34,880 bases of DNA from Folioceros fuciformis (GCA_049999805.1 JBNGIO010006356.1:781572-816451), one strand, 5' to 3'. Counted from the stretch's first letter, positions 1 through 12,484 are shown. Notes: a model not told the origin generated them from the letters alone. Program-made: numbers and translations.

Positions 1-389
1 GGGCCGGATGGGAAGATGATGTCCTGGTGGGCAGGAGACCGCAACTTCGTGGGTGAGCCGGTTTTTATTCCTCGACAAGGCTGCGTCAGCGACCCCACCA
101 GCCCCTACTTCAAGGAAGACGATGGATATCTGCTGTTCGTCCAGGTGAGAGTCATCACATGTCATCTGCCCTTCCCTCCAGGAAGCTCAGCCGCGGCCTG
201 CTCCCCACTAACGCTACACTCTGCTTTGTCTTCCCGTGCTCGCAGTACGCAGCAGCTGAAAAGACATGCTACCTGGTCATCCTGGATGCCCAGCGGATAG
301 GAAAGAGAGACCCCATCGTTGCTCGACTTCGGGTCCCCAAAGCCTACGCCTTCCCTATGGGCTTCCATGGTTTCTGGGAGGACGCATGA
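1..389 (+). CDS. CCD7: Carotenoid cleavage dioxygenase, CCD7/MAX3-like, last two exons (5' truncated by the window edge)
   Basis: Exon 1-144 (..WWAGDRNFVGEPVFIPR..EDDGYLLFVQ), GT-AG intron 145-245, exon 246-389 (YAAAEKTCYLVILDAQRIGKRDPIVARLRVPKAYAFPMGFHGFWEDA*). The GEPxFxP, EDDGY and FPMGFHGxW motifs match the RPE65/CCD C-terminus. CYLVILDA..IG and FPMGFHG are CCD7-like. Confidence 0.8.
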
Positions 390-913
390 TCAACCAGGTG
401 CATCCCAGGAAGCCCTTCACCATCATATACAAGCATTCAGCATGTAGATACAGTATATACAGATCTAGAGAGTGTCCAACAGCAGCAACTTGTTCCTCCT
501 TGTCGCTCATCTCTTACAACTTGTACACCACATTGTTTCCATACACATATCAGGTACATGTACATGCTCTTGAGCCCCGATCCGGATCCGGATTCTTGCT
601 AGCCAGACGACACACATGCAAGCTTCTCCTTCCTGCTGTGGACGGTTTGTGTTACACAAGAAGCTACTGTGCACATGCAAGCTTGTCAAGTTTAAGAGGT
701 AGTATCGCAAGTGAGTCGCTTACTGTATGTAACCAAACCAAACAAACGTATGAAACAGCATGAACCCTAAAAAACCGCTAGTATGTAGGTTATGTGTGCC
801 AGCTGATATATGTGTATGTACGTAAGAAGCTTATCTGTTTTGGTTTCTGCATCACCTTGCGCTCTGTCCCCGCGCTAGCACCTGCTCCTGTTTCCGCTCG
901 TCTGAGGATTGCG

Positions 914-2137
<1,224 letters not shown>

Positions 2138-2443
2138 GGAGGACGTCAGTACAAACGAAGTTTACTTGTGAAGCTTGGCCTGCAAGCTCATGGTTTCTTG
2201 ATTGGTTTCGTTGCTCGGCTTTCTTTTGCTAGGGCTAGCTTAAGCAGATCTTTATGTAGTCCTTGTGTTTGGTGGTCTCTATGGATGGGGCGTTTGGACA
2301 ATACTTGTGGCTGGGGCGTTTGGATAATATTTATCGCTCATCCTCGGTGGTGCTCGAATTTGATCTGCTAGCTTTTGACTGGCTTTGTCATATTTTATGT
2401 GCACCTGCGAATCTCCGTTTATTTGCTGTCACTAATCAAAATC

Positions 2444-2554
2444 GGCACCAGGGGTGCTTGTTCTGGTTCAGCACTATCCTAGTGCTGTGCTAAGATCAGG
2501 CTGAGAGAGTCCCTTCGTACCTGAACAGGTTAATACCTGCGTAGGGAGCGTGCC
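2444..2554 (+). promoter_or_regulatory. TPP riboswitch aptamer (THI-box) in the THI1 3' UTR
   Basis: P1 GGCAC(2444)/GTGCC(2550). CAGGGGTGCTTG entry, P3 with perfect hairpin CAGCACTA-tcc-TAGTGCTG, conserved GCTGAGA, GTCCCTT, ACCTGAACAGGTTAATACCTGCGTAGGGAG. Closely matches the plant THIC-type TPP aptamer consensus. Confidence 0.97.
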
Positions 2555-4697
2555 TGTTTGTGGTTTGCTTTTTGTATGTGCTGCAGGGGAAGATGGAAGC
2601 GTTGCCCGAGGACGTACAGTGACAACGCTGTCAGCTTGTGCTACTAGTGAGATGAGCTTTTCTGTCAAAAGAGCAGGTGAGTTGCCTCCCCATCCGAAAA
2701 GCACGGGTTTCTCGAAAAGGATTTAAACGTATGATCGCCGGCGCAGTGTCAGGTTAAGTTTAGGCTTCATTCTTGACGTCAAGCAACTTCGGGTGAGGTG
2801 AGGTGGGATGGGGTGAGGTGAGGTCGTATGTGCCTTCTTGCTGACCTCTTTCCGGTGAACGAGCAACGTGGTGGAAACCTCGTCTGAAGGTAAAACCCTT
2901 AAAGGCGAGTTTATCTGATCGTGGGCAGGGAGGGTAGTGGTGCCTGTGACTCCCTACACTCGGGTCAGAAAATAGCCTCCTTACAATATTTTTCCTGTGT
3001 TGCTTGGCGTGTGTTGACCTTGTTCTAACTTTTTAAGGCCCTGCGTGCTTGAGTTAGCTTCAGTCAACGTTTTCCTATTTTTGAGAACCTGCGAAGGACT
3101 GGCTCGCCAAGGGTCCGCTGATGCGAGGTTCTACTTCAGCTAGATTTAGAATGGAAGTGTAGCTACTGGCCTGATTAGGAGAGTAGAGTGCGTTTGTGCA
3201 TCTCAGTATCGAGGTTCTCCTTGTCTGAAGTGGCTGTTCATTTTGTTGGCTATGTCTAAAAGGTGACCATTTGCTTAGAGTGTTCCCCACGGAGTATGGG
3301 GGCTGCCGAAAGCATGAAATTTTGTCCCATCTCCTGTACTTTTGGTCGATAGGGTGCATGTAACAGGGTACGAAAGTTGTCAGGATGATGTACCCGGTAT
3401 CCACCGTGACAGCATCCACTGTGATGGTGGATGCCGTGCCCAGAGTGTGCTCGACACTATTGTCTTAGTTTCTCGGGTTGTGAAACGAACGTAGGAGGCA
3501 CAAGTAAGTTAATCTCGGCATAATGAGTCTGTTGGTCAGCATTTGTCTTAGTAGTCTCGTCGCCTGTGTCCCTGGATTGCCATTTCTCAACTGCTTACAG
3601 TTTTAGATTCGGAGGAAAGTGTCACGAGGGCTTGTAATAATTATTGATCGCTGGAGGTTTAACCAGCAATTTGGTTTGCAGAACCGAAATGTTTCGTAGT
3701 CTTGCTGTGTTTCCTCTGGCGTTGTCCGAGCATCACCTCCACCGTCGATGTCGCTACTCTCGTGAGAGTGGGGTTATTAATGGCGATGTTTGCTATATAC
3801 GTTTACACCTGTAACTTGCCGAAAGCAGATTTGTAGATGGTCTAAACCGTTCGACTATACCGTGGAAGTATGACATGAAAGTTTTGTTAGAAGACAGGAG
3901 AAAGGTTCTTTCCGTGGAAACAAGTGCGGGAAAGTTCTCTTCGTAACGATGAAAGCGACCTGAAAGAAATCGGGAGGACTAGTACAGACATCCATGTTGT
4001 ACATTGATGTTATGCACAATTCATTTGCCTCAAGTCTATCGGAGAGGAAATCCATGAAAGCAATGAATAGGAGTATGTATAAAAATCTACCTCATTCACT
4101 ATTGTTTGAAAGGATATGCTTGAAAGACCTGCCCACCCACCTTGTTCCTCCTTGGTAATTCGAATGGCTTTTTTATTTACCATTGCCTGCCTGTCAATTA
4201 CCTTTCTCCTGATTCATGCTGTTATTTTATTAACCACACTATCCTTGATCTACATTAACCAACCCTGCAACGATGGTACCCTTCAACCTGATTAGCTAGC
4301 ATTGGTTAAACTGCATGACCGGCTTTGAAAGATGGACATCCATTTTCTGTCAAAAGGGCATAGACAAGCCAAAAGGAGACCAAGTCTGTTTTCACTGCCA
4401 TGGTAAGCATTGGCACAAAAATTCTTCTGGTGTGGTAGCTTTATGTATTTGAACATATATAAAAATTTAATAACATATCAAATAATTTATTCGATAATTT
4501 TTCTTTAAGTAATATTTTTTCTCTTATTTGCATCACATATTAAATTTGTGTGTTGAAACCTCGTTAAACAGCTCATTATGGTATAACCGTAAATCCCACT
4601 TGCAGTCTCCTAAGAGACTTTTGAAGCAAATCCTCCCTGGTCCCGTGGTTTTTTTCAATTTTTATTTTTTTATTAAGGTTTTGTTTTCCACAACAAA

Positions 4698-4963
4698 TGA
4701 TGGAGGAAAGGATGGAGGAAAGGATGGAGGAAAGNNNNNNNNNNNNNNNNNNNNNNNNNNNNNNNNNNNNNNNNNNNNNNNNNNNNNNNNNNNNNNNNNN
4801 NNNNNNNNNNNNNNNNNNNNNNNNNNNNNNNNNNGGAAAGGATGGAGGAAAGGATGGAGGAAAGGATGGAAAAGATGGGAAGGATGGGAAGGATGGGAAG
4901 GATGGGAAGGATGGAAAAGATGGGAAGGATGGGAAGGATGGAAAGGATGGAAAAGATGGAAAG
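4698..4963 (+). repeat. Purine-rich minisatellite: 12-mer GATGGAGGAAAG grading into 9-mers GATGGGAAG/GATGGAAAA; interrupted by a 100-N gap (4735-4834)
   Basis: Tandem units are directly visible. One frame translates as (GGKD)n then (GKD)n. Confidence 0.9.
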
Positions 4964-5089
4964 AATGATAATAATCAATAAGAATGATGGATCGTTATCC
5001 GGTGTGGCTAAATTTTCAACTCTACATACCCTTCCTACGGCAGGATGGGTGAACCAGAACCCACGGCAAACACACTACACTACTCTACA

Positions 5090-8000
5090 CTACACATACT
5101 CCCAATCAGACTCTTCTTCAGAGGAAGACGAACTTCCCTGGACTCGATTCTCCTCCTTACCCTCAAGATCCTCCTTACCCTCCAGTTCCTCCTCCACCTC
5201 TAGTTCCTCTGAGGCCACCGCGAACGCCAACGCCAACGCCCGGGCAACAGCCGTTTGTGCTCGTTGCAATTTAGTTTCCCATGGCACTTCAGTCTGATCT
5301 GTGGGCACACTATCGTCGCCCAAATGCTTTGGGACTTCATCACTTGTTGTCACGTAATGCTCCTGCAGCACATCACCCTCCCCCTCCCCTTCTCCCTCCC
5401 CAGCCGTTGAGGCCATATCCGTTCTCTGCAAGTCTTCAACTCTTCCAGCCGTTGATGCAATATCCGGTCTCTGCAAGTCGTCAACTCTGCTAGCCGTTGA
5501 GGCAGTACGCGGCTTCCATGAGTCTGGAAGGCTGCGTGTAGTAATACTTACGAGTTTAAATTTGCGGCCTCCCTTTAGCCTTAGGCTCCACGTCTGCTCC
5601 TCCTCGAATCCCTCGTACTCTTCATCTGCGTTTTCAGTATTGAGAGATCCAGACCCGCTTCCACTTGCACTTGCCTCGCTTGCACTCCCACTTGGACTTG
5701 CACTTGCCTCACTTGCTCTCCCACTTGGACTCGCACTTCCCTCACTTGTACTCCCACTTGGACTTGCACTCCCACTTCCACTTACCTCACTCGCACTTGC
5801 CCTCCCACTTACACTTGCCCTCCCACTTGCATTTGCCCTCCCACTTGCACTCCCCTCGTCTTCTTCTTCACCCGACTCGTTTTCTTCAGACATAATCCCT
5901 GCAGGGATAGCAAATGGACATCCACTTTCAACGTCAGTGGGACCAACCGATTTTCCCATAAGCCTCGCCTTGATAAGCGCTGCCCTGACTTGAATCTTTT
6001 GGAATTCTTCCGCGCTATACAACATTTCAGCACAGTGAATCTTGTGAAGTTCTTCCACGCATTCTACAATTTCTGCACAGTGAAACTCAGGATTTAGTTC
6101 GTACCTAGGACTGGGCTGTCACACACTGTTAAGCTAAGAGATTTGCACAACTTTGAAACACGACATTTTCATGTGCTTCCTGGAAGTACCTGGCACTGAT
6201 GCTTCGGATCTTAATGTTTTTATTTTCAACACTGCCAACTCTTGCTTGACCCGGTAAGCTTCCTGGGCAGCACATGCAGCTGCTTGTCGTGCTTGATTCA
6301 ACATGACGCTGTACAAATGCATAGCACCTTTGTTCTCTTCTCTTTCAATATCCAACTCATCCCGGAGGCTTGCAATCAACAATTCAGCCTGTCGAAGCTT
6401 TGCAAGCTGTTCTTCACCTGTGCGAGCAAACAACATCGCACTTTTATGATTCTCAAAGCTCAACACAGCTATTGCTGCCTCCTTTGCTTCTAGCTCGCGC
6501 TCCTTGGCCTGCAATTCCTGCTCCAGAACGGAAAGCCTGTTGGCCTCAGAGTTCGTGTGCCCTGTTGCTCCAGCTGTCTGCTCAGAGTTCAAATGTCCTG
6601 TTGCTTCACCTGTCTGCTCAACTGTATACCCCTGCGAGCCCGCTTTCGGTTTTTCGACCACATCCTGGGCTAAGCCACTGTGAGAGTGTCTTGATTCCTC
6701 TTCCTCTTGGAGAACACCTGTCCCTGCGGATTCCAGGTCATCTGTAACAGGACTGGTGTCTGCAAAAAGCGAGCTTTCAGCCTCCATAACCTGAGCAGAC
6801 TTCAGGAAAAGTCAGACCACAACGCCATAACAAAGTATCAGCCACAACTCCGTAACACAACAACCAATCCCAAACAACCAATTGTGACAACCAGCCTTAC
6901 CATTTTCGACCGTGGGCTATTATCGGCACTCTGCCTCACCATCCCGCTGGCTGACAGCCTCAAAAGGAGACACTCAGATATATTCCGACCTGCATTTTCA
7001 AGTGACACTATGTGCTTTCGCATCGGTGGATTAACCGAGGAGGACTCACAGGTGAGCAGGGCACTTGAAACATTTTCCAAACAACAGGCAAGAGTGCCAA
7101 ATTCTGGAAGGATATCCTGCTCCCCTTTCAAGTCTTCTGGGTTGAAGGAAGTTGCTTCCAAGTCTTCTGGGTTGAAGGAAGTTGCTTCCATGTCTCCTGG
7201 GTTGAAGGAAGTTGCTTCCAAGTCTCCTGGGTTGAAGGAAGTCGCTTCCAAGTCTTCTGGGTTGAAGGAAGTTGCTGGCAACCCATCGACCATGTCATCT
7301 GCCTTCCTGGTGTTTGCCACCTGTTCGGAAGCGTCAACCTTGGGATTCAATGTCACAGAGGTGCTTTCAAGTGAAGTCTCAAGTAAATGAGCCCCTGTTC
7401 GATCCCAGGTTGAAGATTCCGACGGATACACGGACCCAGATTCTGCTGCCATCCAATGAGAGGGTGCAGATGGATTATACGCTTGTTGGATGTTACAATC
7501 CTGCCATGACTGGGTACCTGACTCACTAACGAGAGAACTGGGAGGTTCCGTGTGTCTCATACTGGTCCACTGAGGTGGAACAGCTACTTCCTGGAAACCA
7601 TTGTTGCCTTGAGACCCTGTAGCCTCATCAGCACTGCCTGATACTGGGTTATCAGCACTGCCAGATACTGGAGCACAATCCACGTACGCTACCGGTGAAG
7701 GATAACGCGAGTAGCCTGAGGCATGTTTCGATGGACCATTCTCTTCTCTACTTGCAGTAGAGTAAGAGAGACCTAGGTTTGATGACACCTCCTTCGTTGC
7801 CTGAGTTAAAAACTTTTCTCTTCCCTCCCGGGATAAGGACCTTAACTTATAATCCTTCGCATTCCAACATTTTCTCTTCAAGCCCACAAAATCCGACCCA
7901 GAATCATATTTCTTCACTGCCACAGTCCCCGAGTCACTACAGCCCACAGGCCTTGGCCTCACTGCTCCATTCACTGCCCATGGCTCTGGCTTGTACGGTT

Positions 8001-9185
8001 CAGAACCTCCACCGGAATATTCATGAGATTTTCCCGTACACACTTCAGAGGCAGAGGCAGAGGTAGAGGCAGACCAAAATGAAGACAACCTGTTGGGAAG
8101 AGTATCTGAGACAGTGGCTGCTGGTTTTTCTGCTATGTTTCTGTCTAAAGAGCTTGTAAACATATCCGCAAACACAGATGCTGCCCACTTCAAAGAGGTA
8201 TGTTGATGCTCCTCGCCCTGTGGACGTGCAGCCCAAAAGCTATCCTGATCATAAACTGACTCGGCATGATATTCGGAACCATAAGTGGGGTTTCTTGTAT
8301 CCATTGAATCATCATGTTGTCTCGCCACTGTCCACCACTAGAAGCAGTGGTGAGATAGAAGGAGAGAACAAAGCACAGAGAAGTACATGGAACCTAACCT
8401 GAGTGGACCACGTGACTTGAAAAAAGACAAGCAAGAAGTTGAAGACAGCTAGAGCCGAATACAACAAGGCGGGCACTGAGGCACTGACCAAATGAATTTC
8501 GCCGCCGCCTCTCCCTCTCCTCTTCTGCGTTAATATCACTTGCTGACTTCCAGAAACGTTCATCGTAGAAATCATTGTTTCCAAGCTCAGGAGGCGGATA
8601 AGCAAACTGTGAAGGTGTCCTCACGTTGTTCACTGCGTACTTAGGAGGAGAGCTTGGTATCTCGGCAGGGAAAGAAGACCAATAAGATGGGTTTGGCGGT
8701 GGGATATCCGTGGACATAGAGTATCCATTCGAACTATCCAGGCTGCTTTGGGAATCAGTCCCAGCTGAAGTGAGTGTGTGGTTTGAAAAGGAAGTGGAAG
8801 GGAACCCCGGCGGACCATACAGTTCATTGGAACTGGATTGAGAGACAGCACACGGCAAGGGTGGCCAGCCACTGACCGGACACGGTGGATGTGATAGAAG
8901 AGAGCTGGATGAAGCAGACAAAGGTGGAGATTGACCCGTGCCAAAAACGTGGTAAGGAGAATAATTGCGAGGAGTAGCAGGCATGTACATGTTCAGGTCG
9001 GCGCCTTGCGAAGGCAAAGGCGTAGGCATGAAGGCTGGGATGCCCGGAGAGGGAGCGGTGGGATCACGGAAACGAGGGTAACCAGACCCAGACGATGGCA
9101 TCCCAGGGTACTGCGGACACGGAAGAAAGCAGTCAGCGGGTGCAGTAGCGGAGGACGACATCGAGGGTACCCCGAGAGCCCGCAT
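5090..9185 (-). CDS. Large multi-exon protein of unknown function: Pro/Ser-rich N-terminus, tandem peptide repeats, coiled-coil segment, acidic/Ser-rich C-terminus
   Basis: Four long minus-strand ORFs can be joined in frame by short GT-AG introns. 8394-9536 joins 6838-8328 through a phase-1 donor (TCAG|GTTAGG or TTTG|GTCAGT) and acceptor GACAG|TG. AAAATG|GTAAGG (6901) splices to CTCAG|GTTATG (6790). GTGCCAG|GTACTT splices to GTGCAG|AAATT near 6072. The start codon is uncertain (9185 or 9275). Confidence 0.65.
5660..5855 (-). repeat. Degenerate coding 6/18-bp repeats (GCAAGT/GGGAGT) encoding ASGRAS/SASPSG
   Basis: Iterated CCACTTGCAC/CTCCCACTT units on the + strand. Confidence 0.8.
7128..7276 (-). 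repeat. Coding 30-bp tandem repeat x5 encoding ATSFNP(E/G)D(L/M)E
   Basis: CAAGTCTTCTGGGTTGAAGGAAGTTGCTTC iterated five times with few substitutions. Confidence 0.95.
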
Positions 9186-10223
9186 AGTGCTACGGGGCTG
9201 GTCTCTGTTGTCACGTCCACCCGACCACGGTTTGGGCGATCCGTGGATAAACGTATCCGGTCTCGACCTGCGCATTAGAACACGTGGGTAGCATTTCATG
9301 TCAGAAAAATCAAAGCGCGGAAACGACAGCACCCAAGGAATGGCGAGAGAACGCACCGCCAACCAAGGAGCGGAGGCGCAGAACACAAGAACTAGCTGAA
9401 TTGCGCTGCACTTGTAGTCCTCTGGCCTCGCAGGACGCTTCACCAAACCAAGCTTCTTCCAGATCAGAAAACACGGAAGGCTCGGGACCAGGAACTGCAG
9501 CCCAACAGAGTACGCCGCAGTGACACACAAGCTCATGCGATGACAGGCTTAACTTGCAATTCTTCTCTACCCAATACAGTAGGGCGGAGAGGAATGAGGC
9601 CTACCTACCACAAATAGTAGCAACAAAGAGCATGGGGCATGCAGCAGCTGCCTCGGTCCATAGACGCTGTGGTTTGAAGCGTCACGCCTTCCCACTCCAG
9701 TAAGGCAAACCTTCCCGTTATGCTCATACCATGGACCCAGGCCAGGGCATTGTGTGCTGCACTTCGCGGCAATTAACGCCCGCCAAAAAAATGCACCGAA
9801 AGCCCAAACCTGCGTCGGGGTCCCCAGGTCGGGACCTCCACCATAGCCTTTGCCGCAAGCCTTCCAACGCAAAGCTAAACCCTAAACCCACTAACACCAA
9901 ACACCAACACACCTAGAGTGGTTCCAATCGAATGCAAGATGCTTACCCAAACCGATTTCATCATATGAGCATCAGACAAAGTACTACCTACAGTACATAT
10001 CTCCATAGGGATGGCCATCATCTCGATCATGACGCTGTCTTGGTTGTCATGATGAACATCATCTCCAGCGTGACGTTATTCCATATATGGATTCTCTTAA
10101 CCAGTTCAGTATATTCTTTCTAGGATATTTTCTCTGTTCTCTAGATCCTGGTTTAGGTTTCCATTCTACGGATTTCTAACAACTTCAAATCCGGACGCGA
10201 AGAGTCCCTACCTACTAGCTCCA

Positions 10224-11967
10224 TCAGTCCCGACTTCCCGACGAGTCGAAATTCGCGTCTCGTTTCATGATTCGCGTTCCAGACTTGACCAGGCGTTGCA
10301 GCTCAGCCGATCCCCCTACTTCCTCCAGCTCCTCCATGCAGTGCCGTAGCGGGATTGAGGAGCCACAGCCTTGAGACGGGGAGACTAGAATGGTTGTGAC
10401 GATGGTGTTCACTGCCTCGGAAAGTATGTAGCGAGCAAACAGTGAGAGACTGAAATGGTTGCATTACCTTGGGACCGAGGAACAGACCGTGCGGGACCCC
10501 CTGAAAGAGATGTGCGTGATGAAACTGACGAGGTGAAAATGCACACTGGATTAGCGGTATGGCGAAGAAATTCGGGACGGAAGTGAGAGTTCAGGTCGGG
10601 GATGCGAGCCATTGCTACCTGGTGGGCTGCCGCTACCCTTTGCAGGTAGGGGACATCGGCGATGGGGCCGACATGGAAGCGACGGTGCACCAGACCATCG
10701 TGCACGAACATGTATGCCATGCCGAACATGCTAATACCCAGTCCCTGGAAAGGAAGTGCTTCGCTCGTCAGAGGCTTCAAGTGGGAGCAGCAGCAGCAGC
10801 AGAGACGTGGATTTGGATCATGGTGTGTGGCACGCATCACTTACTGCTCCGAAACACAGGCCAGGGACAAGTCCCACGTTGAAGAAGCCGTATGCCATCA
10901 GAGCGATTGCAGGAACAGCATTGATGACGGCGAACACGTCGTTCAGCTCCAAGGGCCCGTCGCGGGGACGGTGGTGCGACTAACACATTTCACAGCACCG
11001 TTGATCACAGCTTTGTCGTCCAAGGCAGCAGCAGCAGCAGCTAATAAGCAACTGCATTAAGGGCTGCTGCACTGACCTCATGCATGTTCCACAGACACGC
11101 ATGCCACAAGGCCCTGTGCGCCCACCGTGCCCAGAACTCCATCCCCACCTGCAAACAACACTAGTGAAATTCCCCTCCCCAATGAGACAATCAGTGCACG
11201 TCGATTCTATACAGTGTCGTGGTGAAAAAATCGACAATGGCGGGACAGGGTGGGGGCCCTTACTGCAGCGCCAATCGCAAGGGAAAATGTGCCAAACATC
11301 TCCAGGTATGGAACCTCTGCCGCTTCCTGGCTCCGAACAGTGCAGACCATGTCAGCTGCAGCTGCAGCTGCACCCGCTGCTGCTCCTGGAGTACCACACA
11401 GGAATTGGAATAATTACAATGCCCGCACATTACCTCCATCTGCCAGAAGAATCTATAGTACACGGCACCCGCAGCAAGAGTGGTGAACCCCACCCTGGAA
11501 GCGACGGCAGCCATAAGGTACATCGAGCTTGCTGCTTTCCTCTTCTCTGCCTTATCCGTCGTGGTCGTTGTAATAATCCTTCCGTCCTCCTCCCCTGACG
11601 GATCCTCCTCCGAGTCGGCATCTACAGCAGACGCAGCAAGCTGCGACGCTCCTCCTCCCTCCTCACCCTGAGCGGTGTAGGCCNNNNNNNNNNNNNNNNN
11701 NNNNNNNNNNNNNNNNNNNNNNNNNNNNNNNNNNNNNNNNNNNNNNNNNNNNNNNNNNNNNNNNNNNNNNNNNNNNNNNNNNNCCCCTACTCCCCTCACG
11801 ACGCGAGGCAGGAGCCAGAAAACACGGCCCCGTCAAAGCTTGGTTTCACCACCTCTCACCCATCCCGCCCGTGTCAACACCCGAACCCGAGGCTGGCCAG
11901 TCCAAGCCTGCCTCGCCCCCACACAGTCCTTCCACCGGGCTGCCACCTGTCCGCGCACTCCATCCAT
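10224..11967 (-). CDS. BCH: Beta-carotene 3-hydroxylase (non-heme di-iron, CHYB/BCH)
   Basis: Spliced motifs GMEFWARWAHRALWHA, MHE|SHHRPRDGPLELNDVFAVINAVPAIAL, MAYMFVHDGLVHRRF, AAHQ|FHH..GVPHGLFLGPK|ELEEVGG. The His boxes are intact. The start is uncertain because the N gap 11684-11783 lies in the 5' region. Confidence 0.93.
11684..11783. other. Assembly gap (100 N) in the BCH 5' region
   Basis: Exactly 100 N, flanked by GC-rich sequence. Confidence 0.95.
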
Positions 11968-12475
11968 GGCACAATTCGATTCCAAGACTGCTGAATCTGA
12001 TTCCGGCTCATTCAGCCCCCGGGGAAGACCGTGCAGGCGCAGGGGATCGATGCCCTCCTTTGGCATGCTCCACAAGCCCAATTTTCCACCAGCTTCGCTC
12101 CTCCTGCTTTGCTGCTGCTGCTGGAGACATAGCTGCTTGGGGAGACGGTGCCCGCAATCAGGAGGCCGTCACGGCCGTTCCATCTTCACGTTGCGATTGG
12201 GCAGCAGACCCCGTGCATGAAAGTGCGCAGGCCAATGTGGGCGGCCTCCGTCTCCTCCACCCTCATCGGGTCCCATCCTCCGATGCCGGTCGCTGCTTGG
12301 CTGTGACCGCCTACAGCCCTTCCACCACCGTACCATCAGCGCCAGGGCTGGAAGGACTGTAACCGGTCACAGGCGGCTACTGTGTTTCACATACAACTGG
12401 GAGGCCTGGAGGTGTCAGGAACGCCAGATATTTGACAAGCAAGCAGAAATCAGGAAAATGTGTCGCCCCAGCCCC

Positions 12476-12484
12476 ACACGTGGC
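12476..12484 (+). promoter_or_regulatory. G-box/ABRE (ACACGTGGC) in the divergent BCH / PEPC intergenic region
   Basis: Motif match only. It lies between two head-to-head genes. Confidence 0.3.

Noticed and set aside
763-770. AACCCTAA (also ~9877-9885) as telomeric repeat
   Set aside because: Single copies. At most telo-box promoter motifs, and too short to support.
7128-7276. 30-bp repeats as a CRISPR array
   Set aside because: The units are contiguous with no unique spacers, they lie in frame within a CDS, and the context is eukaryotic.
6707-7390. 227-aa + strand ORF, and similar antisense ORFs over the 2OGD, germin and ERF genes
   Set aside because: Shadow ORFs arising from repeats or high GC3 opposite real genes. 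No motifs.
10786-11384. (CAG/GCA)n runs suggesting poly-Gln/Cys ORFs
   Set aside because: Short microsatellites inside BCH introns.
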